From Planctomycetota bacterium (lineage in GTDB: Bacteria > Planctomycetota > UBA11346): 64,000 nt of DNA. Shown here in pieces: positions 39,453 through 48,164 of the stretch (positions are counted from its first letter, which is position 1; the number at the start of each line of letters is the position of its first letter). The notes under the pieces are model-generated. The model worked only from the letters and a program-made list of their open reading frames with translations, made no database searches and was not told the origin of the DNA. The stretch is taken from the NCBI GenBank assembly GCA_038231435.1, contig JBBRLJ010000012.1, positions 53,899 through 117,898 on the forward strand, given 5' to 3'. The translations under genes and the position numbers were made by a program.

Positions 39453-40352
39453 ATGACCACCGTCACCTTCGGCAAACACCAGTGCGAGATCGGAGGGCCG
39501 CAGCTGGGGATGCTGCGCGAGTCCAACGATCTGCGCGATGATTTCGCGGCGTTGCGCTCGCGGCTCGATGAGGACGGGTATCTGCTGATCCGCGGGCTGT
39601 ACGATCCGGCGGATGTGCTCGCGGCGCGGCGCGAGATCCTGGCGCAGGCGCATGGCTATCTCGAGCCGGGGAGCGATCCGATGGAGGCCGTGATCAATCG
39701 CGCGCCGCCGAAGGATCTGCCGTTCATCAGCCATGGCTCGCCGACCACGCGCGGGCCGGCATTCTTGTCGCTGGTCGAGGGTCCGCGAGTGATGCGTTTC
39801 TTCGCTGGGCTGTTCGCGGAACCGGCGACCACCTTCGATTTCAAGTGGCTGCGTCTGACCTGGAAGGGACAGACCACCGGCGCGCACTTCGACAACAGCT
39901 ACATGGGCCGCGGCAGTCCGCGCGTGCACACGGTGTGGTCGCCGCTCGGCGACATCTCGTACGATCACGGTCCGCTGGCGATCGTCCCCGGTTCCCACCG
40001 CGCTCCCGGCTACGCCCACCTGCGCGAGACCCTCGGTCTGATGGACGTCGATCGCGATCGCGTGCGAGGCGATTTCAGCGATGACGCCCTCGAGTTCACC
40101 AACCGCTTCGGCGGCCGCTGGGCGACGAGCGAGTTCAAGGCCGGCGACGCCATCATCTTCGGCATGTTCACGCTGCACGCGTCGCTGACCAACGTCTCAG
40201 ACCGCTTCCGCCTGTCGTCGGACACCCGCTACCAACCGGCGAGCGAACCCGCCGACGAGCGCTGGGTCGGCGAGAAGCCGAAGGGCCATTACGCCTGGTT
40301 CGCGGGCGAGGGCGTGGAGATGGCGAAGAAGAAGAAGGAGTGGGGCTTTTAG
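39453..40352 (+). CDS. PhyH family dioxygenase (tandem paralog 2)
   Basis: Same motifs as 38375..39292 along the whole length (TGAHFD, DERWVGEKPK, EWG). Confidence 0.9.
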   Translation: MTTVTFGKHQCEIGGPQLGMLRESNDLRDDFAALRSRLDEDGYLLIRGLYDPADVLAARREILAQAHGYLEPGSDPMEAVINRAPPKDLPFISHGSPTTRGPAFLSLVEGPRVMRFFAGLFAEPATTFDFKWLRLTWKGQTTGAHFDNSYMGRGSPRVHTVWSPLGDISYDHGPLAIVPGSHRAPGYAHLRETLGLMDVDRDRVRGDFSDDALEFTNRFGGRWATSEFKAGDAIIFGMFTLHASLTNVSDRFRLSSDTRYQPASEPADERWVGEKPKGHYAWFAGEGVEMAKKKKEWGF

Positions 40353-40410
40353 TTGGGGGGCTACGGCCCCCCAACATCGGCCTCCGGCCTGCCCCCCAGG
40401 AAGAAACGGG
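40352..40410 (-). repeat. Internally deleted module C (closing stem and tail only)
   Basis: gttggggggctac-gg-ccccccaacatcg...ctgcccccc.ggaagaaac.gg shared with 60049-60180. Confidence 0.8.
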
Positions 40411-40444
40411 TTGGGTGAGGTAGGGGGCCAGACTGCGGCGTCCT

Positions 40445-40507
40445 TCTTCAGTCTTCAGTCTTCAGTCTTCAGTCTTCAGTCTTCCGTCTTCCGTCTTCCC
40501 TCTTCCC
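40445..40507 (+). repeat. 7-bp tandem array (TCTTCAG)5(TCTTCCG)2(TCTTCCC)2
   Basis: Read directly from the sequence. Confidence 0.95.
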
Positions 40508-40541
40508 CTTCTTCGTCCTCCCGCGCGGGTAGCATGGGGGC

Positions 40542-41426
40542 ATGGCTTCACGCGGGCGCGCGTATGCGGACAATGCGCCGGGGTCGTTCTTCGTCGATGA
40601 TACGTGCATCGACTGCGATACCTGCCGGCAGGTCGCGCCGCTGAGCTTTGTCGATGCGGGCGGGCACTCGGTGGTGGCGGTGCAGCCGGTCGACGACGAG
40701 GCGGTGCGGCAGGCGGCGCGGGCGGTGGTGTGCTGCCCAACCAATTCGATCGGTACCGCGGAGCGTTCGGCAACGCGCGCGGCGATCGGAGAGTTCCCGC
40801 TGCCTATTGCCGGCGGCGTGCACTATTGCGGCTTCAACGCCGAGTCCTCGTTCGGGGCGAACAGCTACTTCATCCAGCGTGCCGATGGCAATTGGCTGGT
40901 CGATGCGCCGCGGTGGATGCCGGCGCTCGCCGATGCCTTCGCCGCGCGCGGCGGCCTCGCTGGGATCTTCCTGACCCACCGCGACGATGTCGCGGACGCG
41001 GCGAGGTACGCGGAGCGCTTCGGCGCGCGCCGCGTCATCCATCGTCGTGATGAGTCGGCCGCGCCCGGGGCGGAGGTCCTGCTCGAGGGCGAGGACGCGC
41101 GCGAACTCGCGCCGGGGTTGGTCGCGGTGCCCACGCCGGGGCATACCGCCGGGCATTGCGTGCTGCACGTCGACGACGAGTTCCTCTTCACCGGCGATCA
41201 TCTGTGGTGGAGCCGCAAGCAGGGCCGCCTGGTGGCGTCGCGATCGGTGTGCTGGCATTCGTGGCCAGAACAGACGCGCTCGGTCGAACGCCTGCGCGAG
41301 CTGCGCTTCTCGTGGATCCTTCCCGGGCACGGCCAGCGGGCGCACGCGGCTCCCGAACGCATGCGCGATGGCGTAGCCGCGCTCGCGCTGCGGATGCGCG
41401 CCGAATCAGCCGGAGACGATTGGTGA
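40542..41426 (+). CDS. Ferredoxin-fused MBL-fold metallo-hydrolase
   Basis: CIDCDTCR...CP ferredoxin; LTHRDD, TPGHT.GH, FTGDH, LPGHG. Confidence 0.88.
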   Translation: MASRGRAYADNAPGSFFVDDTCIDCDTCRQVAPLSFVDAGGHSVVAVQPVDDEAVRQAARAVVCCPTNSIGTAERSATRAAIGEFPLPIAGGVHYCGFNAESSFGANSYFIQRADGNWLVDAPRWMPALADAFAARGGLAGIFLTHRDDVADAARYAERFGARRVIHRRDESAAPGAEVLLEGEDARELAPGLVAVPTPGHTAGHCVLHVDDEFLFTGDHLWWSRKQGRLVASRSVCWHSWPEQTRSVERLRELRFSWILPGHGQRAHAAPERMRDGVAALALRMRAESAGDDW

Positions 41427-41495
41427 AGGACTGACAACGATGACGTTCTCCCGGTCCGGTCCGGATTGGGCACCGGAGTGCTCGCCCCCGCCACG

Positions 41496-41538
41496 TTGAC
41501 GGGTGGGCCGCGCTCCTAGTATTAAACGAACGTATGAA
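41496..41538 (+). promoter_or_regulatory. Putative sigma70 promoter and imperfect palindromic operator over the TetR start codon
   Basis: TTGACG (41496) ... TAGTATTAA; TTAAACG-AA-CGTATGAA resembles the PsrA-type AAAC-N-GTTT palindrome. Confidence 0.5.
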
Positions 41539-42259
41539 AAAAAGACTCATCGCCCGCTCCGCCGACACCCGCGTGCGCATCCTCGACGCGTCCGAATCCT
41601 TGTTCGCCGACCGCGGCATCGAGGGCACGTCGATGCGCGCGATCACCTCGATCGCCAAGGTGAATCTGGCGGCGGTGAACTACCACTTTGGCTCGAAGGA
41701 GGGCCTGATCGTGGCGGTCTACGCGCGTCGCCTGGCCCCGGTGAACATGGAGCGGCTCGCCCTGCTCGATGTGGTCGAGAAGAAGGGGGCGGCGACGCTC
41801 GAGGACATCATGTTGGCGTACGTCGGGCCGGTGATGCGCCTGATCCATGATCAGGAACGCGGGGGCGAGATCTTCATGCGCTTGCTGGGCCGGGCTTTAT
41901 ACGAGCCGGGGGCCTATCTGAACCAGCTCTTCCGCGAAGAGATGGAACCGGTCCTCAACCGCTTCACCGCCGCCCTGCAGCGGTGCCTGCCCTTGTCGGC
42001 CGAGGAGCTCTTCTGGCGCATGCACTTCGCTGGCGGTGCCCTGTCGTATACGCTCGCTCAGATCCATCGCCTGGAGCTGATGTCCAAGGGCATCTGCGAT
42101 GCGAAGGACGTGGATGGGGTCATCAACCGACTCGTCGAGTTCATCGCCTCGGGCATGCAGGGCAGTGGCTACGCCAAGCGCGCGGGCAAGCGCAAGGATG
42201 CCCGGCTCGCGGCCGCCAAGCGGCGAGATGTGGGCCAGGCCGGGCAAGTGGGAGCATGA
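41534..42259 (+). CDS. TetR family regulator (PsrA-like)
   Basis: TR.RILDA.E.LFA..G...TS.RAIT..A.VN.AAVNYHFGSKEGL; LFWRMHF..GAL. Confidence 0.9.
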   Translation: MKKRLIARSADTRVRILDASESLFADRGIEGTSMRAITSIAKVNLAAVNYHFGSKEGLIVAVYARRLAPVNMERLALLDVVEKKGAATLEDIMLAYVGPVMRLIHDQERGGEIFMRLLGRALYEPGAYLNQLFREEMEPVLNRFTAALQRCLPLSAEELFWRMHFAGGALSYTLAQIHRLELMSKGICDAKDVDGVINRLVEFIASGMQGSGYAKRAGKRKDARLAAAKRRDVGQAGQVGA

Positions 42260-42437
42260 AACGACCATTTTGGCAGAGCGGTCATTAAACTCTCATCATA
42301 GTAGACTGACTGGACCGGCCCTGTGAGGCCATTCACCTCGAAAAGGTCTGGACTGAGGCTTGAAATGCCAAGGATCAGAACTCCACTCCGGCCGAATGCA
42401 TCAAGTTCCCTGATCCAACGCCGGTAACGAGGTTCCC

Positions 42438-44153
42438 ATGCTGCAACGTGCCCCCACCGGTGGCGAGATGGTCATCCGCTGCCTCGAGCGCGAAGGCGTC
42501 GAGCTGCTGTTCGGGTACTCGGGCGGCGCGGCCATGCCGATCTTCGACGCCCTGGTCGACAGCAAGGTCAAGCTCATCCTCGTTCGCCACGAGCAGGGCG
42601 CCACGCACATGGCCGATGGCTACGCGCGCGCCACCGGCAAGCCCGGCGTGGTGCTGGTCACCTCGGGCCCTGGCGCCACCAACTGCGTCACCGGTCTCTT
42701 GACCGCGATGATGGACTCGGTGCCGATGATCGTGCTCACCGGCCAGACCATCACCTCGATGCTCGGCAAGGACGCGTTCCAGGAAGCCGACGTCACCGGC
42801 ATCACCTATCCGGTGGTCAAGCACAGCTACCTGGTGCGCAACGCCGCCGACATCCCACGCGTGATGAAGGAGGCGTTCCACATCGCCTCCACCGGGCGCC
42901 CGGGTCCGGTGCTGATCGACCTGCCCAAGGACATCACCCAGGGCCCGTGCACCGCGAGCTTCGTCGACAAGGTCAGCCTTCCCGGCTACCACGTTCCCGG
43001 CAAGGCCGACCCGGCGCTGCTCAAGAAGGCCGCGGCGCTGATCGCCAAGAGCCGCAAGCCGGTGCTCTACGTCGGCCATGGCGCGGTCATCTCCGGCGCG
43101 GGCCCAGCGATCATGCAGTTCGCCGAGAAGCTCAACGCGCCGATCGTCAATACGCTGCTCGGCAAGGGCGCGTGTCCAGAGGATCACGCGCTGCACCTCG
43201 GCATGCTCGGCATGCACGGCACCGCCTATGCCAACAAGGCGGTCGCCAACTGCGACATGATCATGGCCATCGGCGCGCGCTGGGACGACCGCATCACCGG
43301 CAAGCTCAGCGAGTTCTGCAAGGACGCGACCAAGATCCACGTCGACATCGACGTCGCCGAGTTCAACAAGGTCGTGCGGCCGGACGTCTCGATCGCGGGC
43401 GACGCGCGCCAGGTCATGGAGGACCTGGTGCCGATGGCGCAGAAGCTCGATAGCGGCGACTGGCTGAAGCAGATCGCGGCGTGGCGGAAGCAGTTCCCGC
43501 TCAAGTACGCCAAGAAAGGCGGCTTGCGCGCGCAATACGTGCTCGACCGGCTCGACAAGCTCGGCGGCCGCGACTGCATCATCACCACCGACGTCGGCCA
43601 GCATCAGATGTGGGCCGCGCAGTTCTGCCGCACCACCAAGAACCGCCACTGGCTGTCCTCGGGCGGTGCTGGCACCATGGGCTTCGGCTTTCCCGCGGCC
43701 ATCGGCGCGGCGTACGCGATGCCCGGCAAGAAGGTGTGGGCGATCTGCGGCGATGGCGGCTTCCAGATGACCCTCGCCGAGCTCGCCACCGCCGCGCTCT
43801 CGAAGCTGCCAGTGAAGGTCCTGATCATCAACAACAGCTACCTGGGCATGATCCGCCAGTGGCAGGAGCTGTTCTTCGACAACCGCATCTCAGGCGCCGA
43901 TCTGGTCGGCAATCCGGACTTCGTGAAACTAGCGCAGGCCTACGGCGTCAAGGCGTGGCGGGTCAAGCGCGCTGGAGACGTCGACAAGGTGTTGAAGCAA
44001 GCGATGGCCTACAACGAGGGTCCGTGCCTGGTCGAGGCCGAGGTGGTCAAGGAGGACAACGTCTTCCCGATGATCCCCGCCGGCGCCTCGCTGCACGATA
44101 TGATCATCGAGAAGCCGAAGACGAAGATGGAGAAGCCTTCGGGCAGTACCTGA
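42438..44153 (+). CDS. ilvB: Acetolactate synthase large subunit
   Basis: RHEQGA.HMADGYARATG, TSGPGATN, GMLGMHG, TDVGQHQMW, GDGGFQM...NN, VFPMIP. Confidence 0.97.
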   Translation: MLQRAPTGGEMVIRCLEREGVELLFGYSGGAAMPIFDALVDSKVKLILVRHEQGATHMADGYARATGKPGVVLVTSGPGATNCVTGLLTAMMDSVPMIVLTGQTITSMLGKDAFQEADVTGITYPVVKHSYLVRNAADIPRVMKEAFHIASTGRPGPVLIDLPKDITQGPCTASFVDKVSLPGYHVPGKADPALLKKAAALIAKSRKPVLYVGHGAVISGAGPAIMQFAEKLNAPIVNTLLGKGACPEDHALHLGMLGMHGTAYANKAVANCDMIMAIGARWDDRITGKLSEFCKDATKIHVDIDVAEFNKVVRPDVSIAGDARQVMEDLVPMAQKLDSGDWLKQIAAWRKQFPLKYAKKGGLRAQYVLDRLDKLGGRDCIITTDVGQHQMWAAQFCRTTKNRHWLSSGGAGTMGFGFPAAIGAAYAMPGKKVWAICGDGGFQMTLAELATAALSKLPVKVLIINNSYLGMIRQWQELFFDNRISGADLVGNPDFVKLAQAYGVKAWRVKRAGDVDKVLKQAMAYNEGPCLVEAEVVKEDNVFPMIPAGASLHDMIIEKPKTKMEKPSGST

Positions 44154-44154
44154 A

Positions 44155-44249
44155 GGCGGCGTGCGGAGTACGGTGTGCGGCGAAGTCGCACACGGACGCT
44201 CTCGTCGCCGCACCTCGCACCCCGCATCCTGCATCCCGCATCCCGCACC
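44155..44249. repeat. Inverted pair of 7-bp arrays (TGCGGNG / CCGCAYC)
   Basis: ggcggcg tgcggag tacggtg tgcggcg, then ccgcacc tcgcacc ccgcatc ctgcatc ccgcatc ccgcacc. Confidence 0.85.
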
Positions 44250-44266
44250 TTCACCTTGGAACACAC

Positions 44267-44872
44267 ATGGCCACTTCGTCCTCATCCCGCGGCGCCGCCT
44301 TCGAGCTCGACCCGGGCAAGCCCGTGCGCCGGAACCCGATCACCGAGGCGCCGATCCAGCCGCTGCACACCATCTCGCTGCTGGTGCGCAACAAGCCTGG
44401 AGTGCTGGTGCGCGTCTCGTTGGTGTTCTCGCGCCGCGGCTACAACATCGAATCGCTGGTGGTCAGCCCGGCGATCGCCGCAGCCGACGTCGAGGGAGAG
44501 CCATCGGGAGAGTTCTCGCGCATGACCATCACGTGCTCGGGCGACCCCGACACTCTCGAGCAGATCATCAAGCAGCTCGAGAAGCTCATCGATGTCGTGC
44601 ACGCCCTGGACCACACCGGTCAGGCGGTAATCGAGAGCGAGCTCGCGTTGGTGAAGATCGAGATCGGCCTCAAGGACCGCACCGAGATCCTGCAGATCGT
44701 CGAGCACTACCGGGCCAAGGTCGTCGACTATGGCGCGGACTCGATGATCCTGCGCGTCGAAGGTGAAAGCGACAAGATCGATGCCTGCATCGACCTGCTC
44801 AAGCCCTTCGAGATCGTCGAACTGGTGCGCTCGGGCAAGATCCTCATGGTCCGCGGCCTCGCGACCACCTGA
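44267..44872 (+). CDS. ilvN: Acetolactate synthase small regulatory subunit
   Basis: ISLLVRNKPGVL.RVS.VFSRRGYNIESL, EQIIKQLEKLIDV, ELVRSG; follows ilvB. Confidence 0.95.
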   Translation: MATSSSSRGAAFELDPGKPVRRNPITEAPIQPLHTISLLVRNKPGVLVRVSLVFSRRGYNIESLVVSPAIAAADVEGEPSGEFSRMTITCSGDPDTLEQIIKQLEKLIDVVHALDHTGQAVIESELALVKIEIGLKDRTEILQIVEHYRAKVVDYGADSMILRVEGESDKIDACIDLLKPFEIVELVRSGKILMVRGLATT

Positions 44873-44938
44873 TCCACGACTGCGGAATTCATTCGTCCAT
44901 CTCTGAAGCGAGAATGGCCGCAGCCATCACCAATCGAG

Positions 44939-46861
44939 CTACCAGTCGAAACTGGCCATGGTGGCATTCGCGGGGCCCTGGCGCGCCGCCTTCGGTTCGC
45001 GCTGGACGACGCATGAGCCGAGCGGCCGGAGCGCGGCGGCGTTCTCGAGGCGGCGGCAGCCGGCGATCACCACGCGTTCGAGCGGTAGGTCGGCGATGCC
45101 ATCGAGGCTGACCAGGCGCGCGCAATCCTCGAGATCGAGTTGGCGGAGCCGGGTGCCGCGCAGCGCCAACAGATCTCCACGCAGCGCCGCGCAGCCTGAG
45201 CAGTCGAGCGCCTCGAGCGGCATCCCTTGCAGGCCGTCCAGGCTCGCGAGCCGCGAACAGCCCGCGAACGATAGGTTCTGGAGCGGCATGCCGCGCAGCT
45301 GCACTGGCGGGCCCTGCAGCGATGCGCAGCCGGAGCAGTCGAGCCGTTCGAGCGGCATGCCCTGGATGCCGTTCAGGCTGGCGATGCCCGTACAGCCGGC
45401 GAGCGTCAGCGAGCGCAGGCGCATGCCGGTGAGCGCCGACAGGTCGCCGCGCAGCTGGCGGCAGCCCGACAGGTCGAGGCGGGTGGCGGGAACGCCGATC
45501 AACGGGGTCAGATCGGCGATGCCCTGATCGGTGGCGACGATGTCGAGCTCGCCATTCGCCTGCGCGGTGACCGTGCACGGGAAGCCGGCGGCGCTCAGCG
45601 CGCTCTGCCAGTGCGGGGCGGTATCCGACGGCTGCTTCTGCGAAGGTTGCCCGTTCGCCCGCGGCGACGCCGCGACGCCGGTGGGTGTCCACAGCGAGAA
45701 GGTCAGGCCGATCATCAAGGCTGCGGCGCCGGCGATCATCGCGCGGCGCCGCCATCGGGGGCGCCCCTTGGATGCTTGCGGCGCCATGCGCTCGGTGGGC
45801 ATGGTCGAGCGGGCTGGCGGGCGCGAGGCGGCGAGGCGCACCGATGGCGCGCGGATCAGCGGCTCCGCTCCGCGGGCGACGGTCTCGAGATCCGCCAGCA
45901 TGTCCTCGGCGGTCTGGTACCGAGCGGTCGGATCCTTCGCCATGGCCTTCGTGATCACCCCGGCGAGCCCGCTCGAGAGCTTGTCCTGGTGGTCGCGTAC
46001 ATCCGGAATCGGATCGTTCAGCACCGACACCAGCACGCCCCACGGGCTGGTCGCGACGTACGGAGCGCCGCCGGTGACCATGGCGAACAGGCTGGCGCCG
46101 AGCGCGTAGATGTCCGCGCGGCCGTCGAGCCCCTGCTCGCCGCGCACCTGTTCTGGTGCCATGAACGCCGGCGTGCCCACCGGCGTTCCGGTGCGCGTCA
46201 GGTGCTCGGCGTTGTTGTAGCGCGCCAGGCCGAGATCGCCGAGCTTGGCGCTGCCGTCCATGGTGATGTAGATGTTCGCGGGCTTGACGTCGCGGTGGAC
46301 CACGCCGGCGCGGTGCAGCGCAACGAGCCCGCGGCAGCAGTCGATCGCGATGCGGATCGCCGTCGCTTCATCGAGGCGCCCGCCGTTGCGCATGGCTAGC
46401 CGGCAGGCGTCGCCGCCGCTGATGAGCTCGAGCACCATGTAGAGATGCCCATCCGCCTGGGCGACGTCGAAGCAGCCTACCACGTTCGGATGGGTGACTG
46501 AGCCGGCGGCGCGCGCCTCGCGCACGAAGCGCTCGCAGAAGCCGCGATCGTTCGCCTGCTGCGGGGCGATGATCTTGAGCGCCACCTCGCGCTGCATCGA
46601 TTCCTGGAAGGCCCGATACACGACGCCCATCCCGCCTTCGCCGAGGCGATGGCTGATCCTGAATCCAGGGATGCGCGGATGGGGGTTCTCCTCGCCGACG
46701 ACCTGCAAGCGGAAGGGGCCGGCGTCCAGATTCGGCTGCTCCACCTTGGGATGCAGGGTCTTGGAGGCGAGCGGAGTCGAGTCGTCCCCGGCGTGGTCGT
46801 CGTTGGCCATTTCCGCACCTGTCCAATCGGCCAATCGGCCCGTCGATGTTCCCGTGTCCAT
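44939..46861 (-). CDS. Hanks-type Ser/Thr kinase with TM segment and C-terminal leucine-rich repeats
   Basis: LGEGGMGVVY, VALK, HRDVKPAN, DLGLA, GTPAFMAPEQ; TM; L.GMPL..LD.SGC..L repeats. Confidence 0.92.
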   Translation of the reverse strand: MDTGTSTGRLADWTGAEMANDDHAGDDSTPLASKTLHPKVEQPNLDAGPFRLQVVGEENPHPRIPGFRISHRLGEGGMGVVYRAFQESMQREVALKIIAPQQANDRGFCERFVREARAAGSVTHPNVVGCFDVAQADGHLYMVLELISGGDACRLAMRNGGRLDEATAIRIAIDCCRGLVALHRAGVVHRDVKPANIYITMDGSAKLGDLGLARYNNAEHLTRTGTPVGTPAFMAPEQVRGEQGLDGRADIYALGASLFAMVTGGAPYVATSPWGVLVSVLNDPIPDVRDHQDKLSSGLAGVITKAMAKDPTARYQTAEDMLADLETVARGAEPLIRAPSVRLAASRPPARSTMPTERMAPQASKGRPRWRRRAMIAGAAALMIGLTFSLWTPTGVAASPRANGQPSQKQPSDTAPHWQSALSAAGFPCTVTAQANGELDIVATDQGIADLTPLIGVPATRLDLSGCRQLRGDLSALTGMRLRSLTLAGCTGIASLNGIQGMPLERLDCSGCASLQGPPVQLRGMPLQNLSFAGCSRLASLDGLQGMPLEALDCSGCAALRGDLLALRGTRLRQLDLEDCARLVSLDGIADLPLERVVIAGCRRLENAAALRPLGSCVVQREPKAARQGPANATMASFDW

Positions 46862-47122
46862 GATCCGTGCGGCTCATGCACGGCCGCGTTTTCCACTCGA
46901 GACCCGGTCCGAGCCTAGGTGGACCAGCTTTCCATGGCAATCGTCGCCGCCACAACCTTGGTGATCGAGATCCTCGATCTGGCCACCGGCGGCGCGGACT
47001 CGTGCTACATGTACAGGCCCGCACGAGACAAGCGCTTAGCGTTCCCATGTCGCGGAAACTAGCCCCCGACGCGAGGCGGTTTTATGGGGTATAGTTCTGA
47101 GGATCGAGAAACGGAGCAATCC

Positions 47123-47914
47123 ATGCGATGGTTCATCCCTGTCCTTGCCGCCGTTCTCGCGCTCGCCGGCGCGTCCGCATCAGCTGAGGAGCTAGATGTC
47201 CTGACCCTGATGTCGGGCCGCGTGGTCGAGGGGCATTACAACGACAAGACCCATACCCTGACCTTCGGCGGGAAGATCTCAGGCGGCATTCAGATCGATC
47301 CAGCCGACATCGCCAAGCATGAGACCAAGACCATCGCCGACGAGAAGGCGCCGCCAGCGCCAGCTCCGGTGTCGGCAGCGCCCGCGGCAGGCGTGGCCGG
47401 CGGGGACCCGCAGCTGGCAAAGAAGATCACCACCGCGAACGCCATCAAGCGCAGCCAGATGCAGAGGGAGCTCGCGAGCTCGATCGATTACCAGAAGCTC
47501 TACGAGAATTCGCTCACCAAGTTGCAGGCCGAGCAGGTCGATCTGCCGAAGAAGGTGCAGGCCCTGCAGCCGCGCATCGATCGTGCGCGCACGGATTACG
47601 AGAGCGCCCAGTCCCGGTACACCTATGTGCAGCAGGACTACGACTACTGGAACGGCCACTACCACAGCGGTTCGTACGCCGGTTCCTCGGTCGGTGATGC
47701 GCGTCAGCAGCGCGACCGCGCGCAGCAGGCGTTGCGCTCCCTCCAGGACGAGGAATCGAAGGCGCAGAAACGCCTCGACACGATCTCGAAGGAACTCGTG
47801 GACACTCAGGCCAAGCTCGCGACTTCCATCGAGAAGCAGGCCAAGCTGAAGGAGAGCCTCGAGAAGCTCGAGGCGGCCGATGCCGCGGGTAAGCTCGGCG
47901 GAGCCGCGCCCTGA
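47123..47914 (+). CDS. Secreted coiled-coil protein of unknown function
   Basis: Signal peptide MRWFIPVLAAVLALAGASASA; GGAG SD; long heptad-rich helices. Confidence 0.8.
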   Translation: MRWFIPVLAAVLALAGASASAEELDVLTLMSGRVVEGHYNDKTHTLTFGGKISGGIQIDPADIAKHETKTIADEKAPPAPAPVSAAPAAGVAGGDPQLAKKITTANAIKRSQMQRELASSIDYQKLYENSLTKLQAEQVDLPKKVQALQPRIDRARTDYESAQSRYTYVQQDYDYWNGHYHSGSYAGSSVGDARQQRDRAQQALRSLQDEESKAQKRLDTISKELVDTQAKLATSIEKQAKLKESLEKLEAADAAGKLGGAAP

Positions 47915-47936
47915 GCGGGGTCGAGGGGATCGGCCG

Positions 47937-48164
47937 CTAGCCGATCGTTTCGACCTTCGCTTCGTGTCCCTGCACGTTCATCACGCCCGCGAGGGTGAGC
48001 TCGCGCGCCGCCTCGGGCCTCAGCTCGACCTCGGCGTCGGTGTCGCTCATCGAGATGGTGCCGATGGCGTTCTTCGAGACCTTCGCGGCCTTGCAGACGA
48101 ATTTGCGCAGCGTACGCAGCGAGACCCCCGAGGTGCGTCCGATGAGGATGCGCACCTTCACCAT
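47937..48164 (-). CDS. DbpA-type RNA-binding domain (separate ORF or frameshifted tail of the DEAD-box helicase)
   Basis: VRILIGRTSGV....L..FV...A.V....IG.I.M.....VEL pattern; GC-rich third positions; ATG overlaps the helicase stop (ATGGTGA). Confidence 0.65.
   Translation of the reverse strand: MVKVRILIGRTSGVSLRTLRKFVCKAAKVSKNAIGTISMSDTDAEVELRPEAARELTLAGVMNVQGHEAKVETIG

Noticed and set aside
42256..42437. Ile/Leu/Val leader-peptide attenuator upstream of ilvB
   Set aside because: The short ORFs (MKRPFWQSGH; MPRIRTPL...) lack Ile/Leu/Val runs and there is no U-tailed terminator; only an unassigned stem at about 42372-42417.
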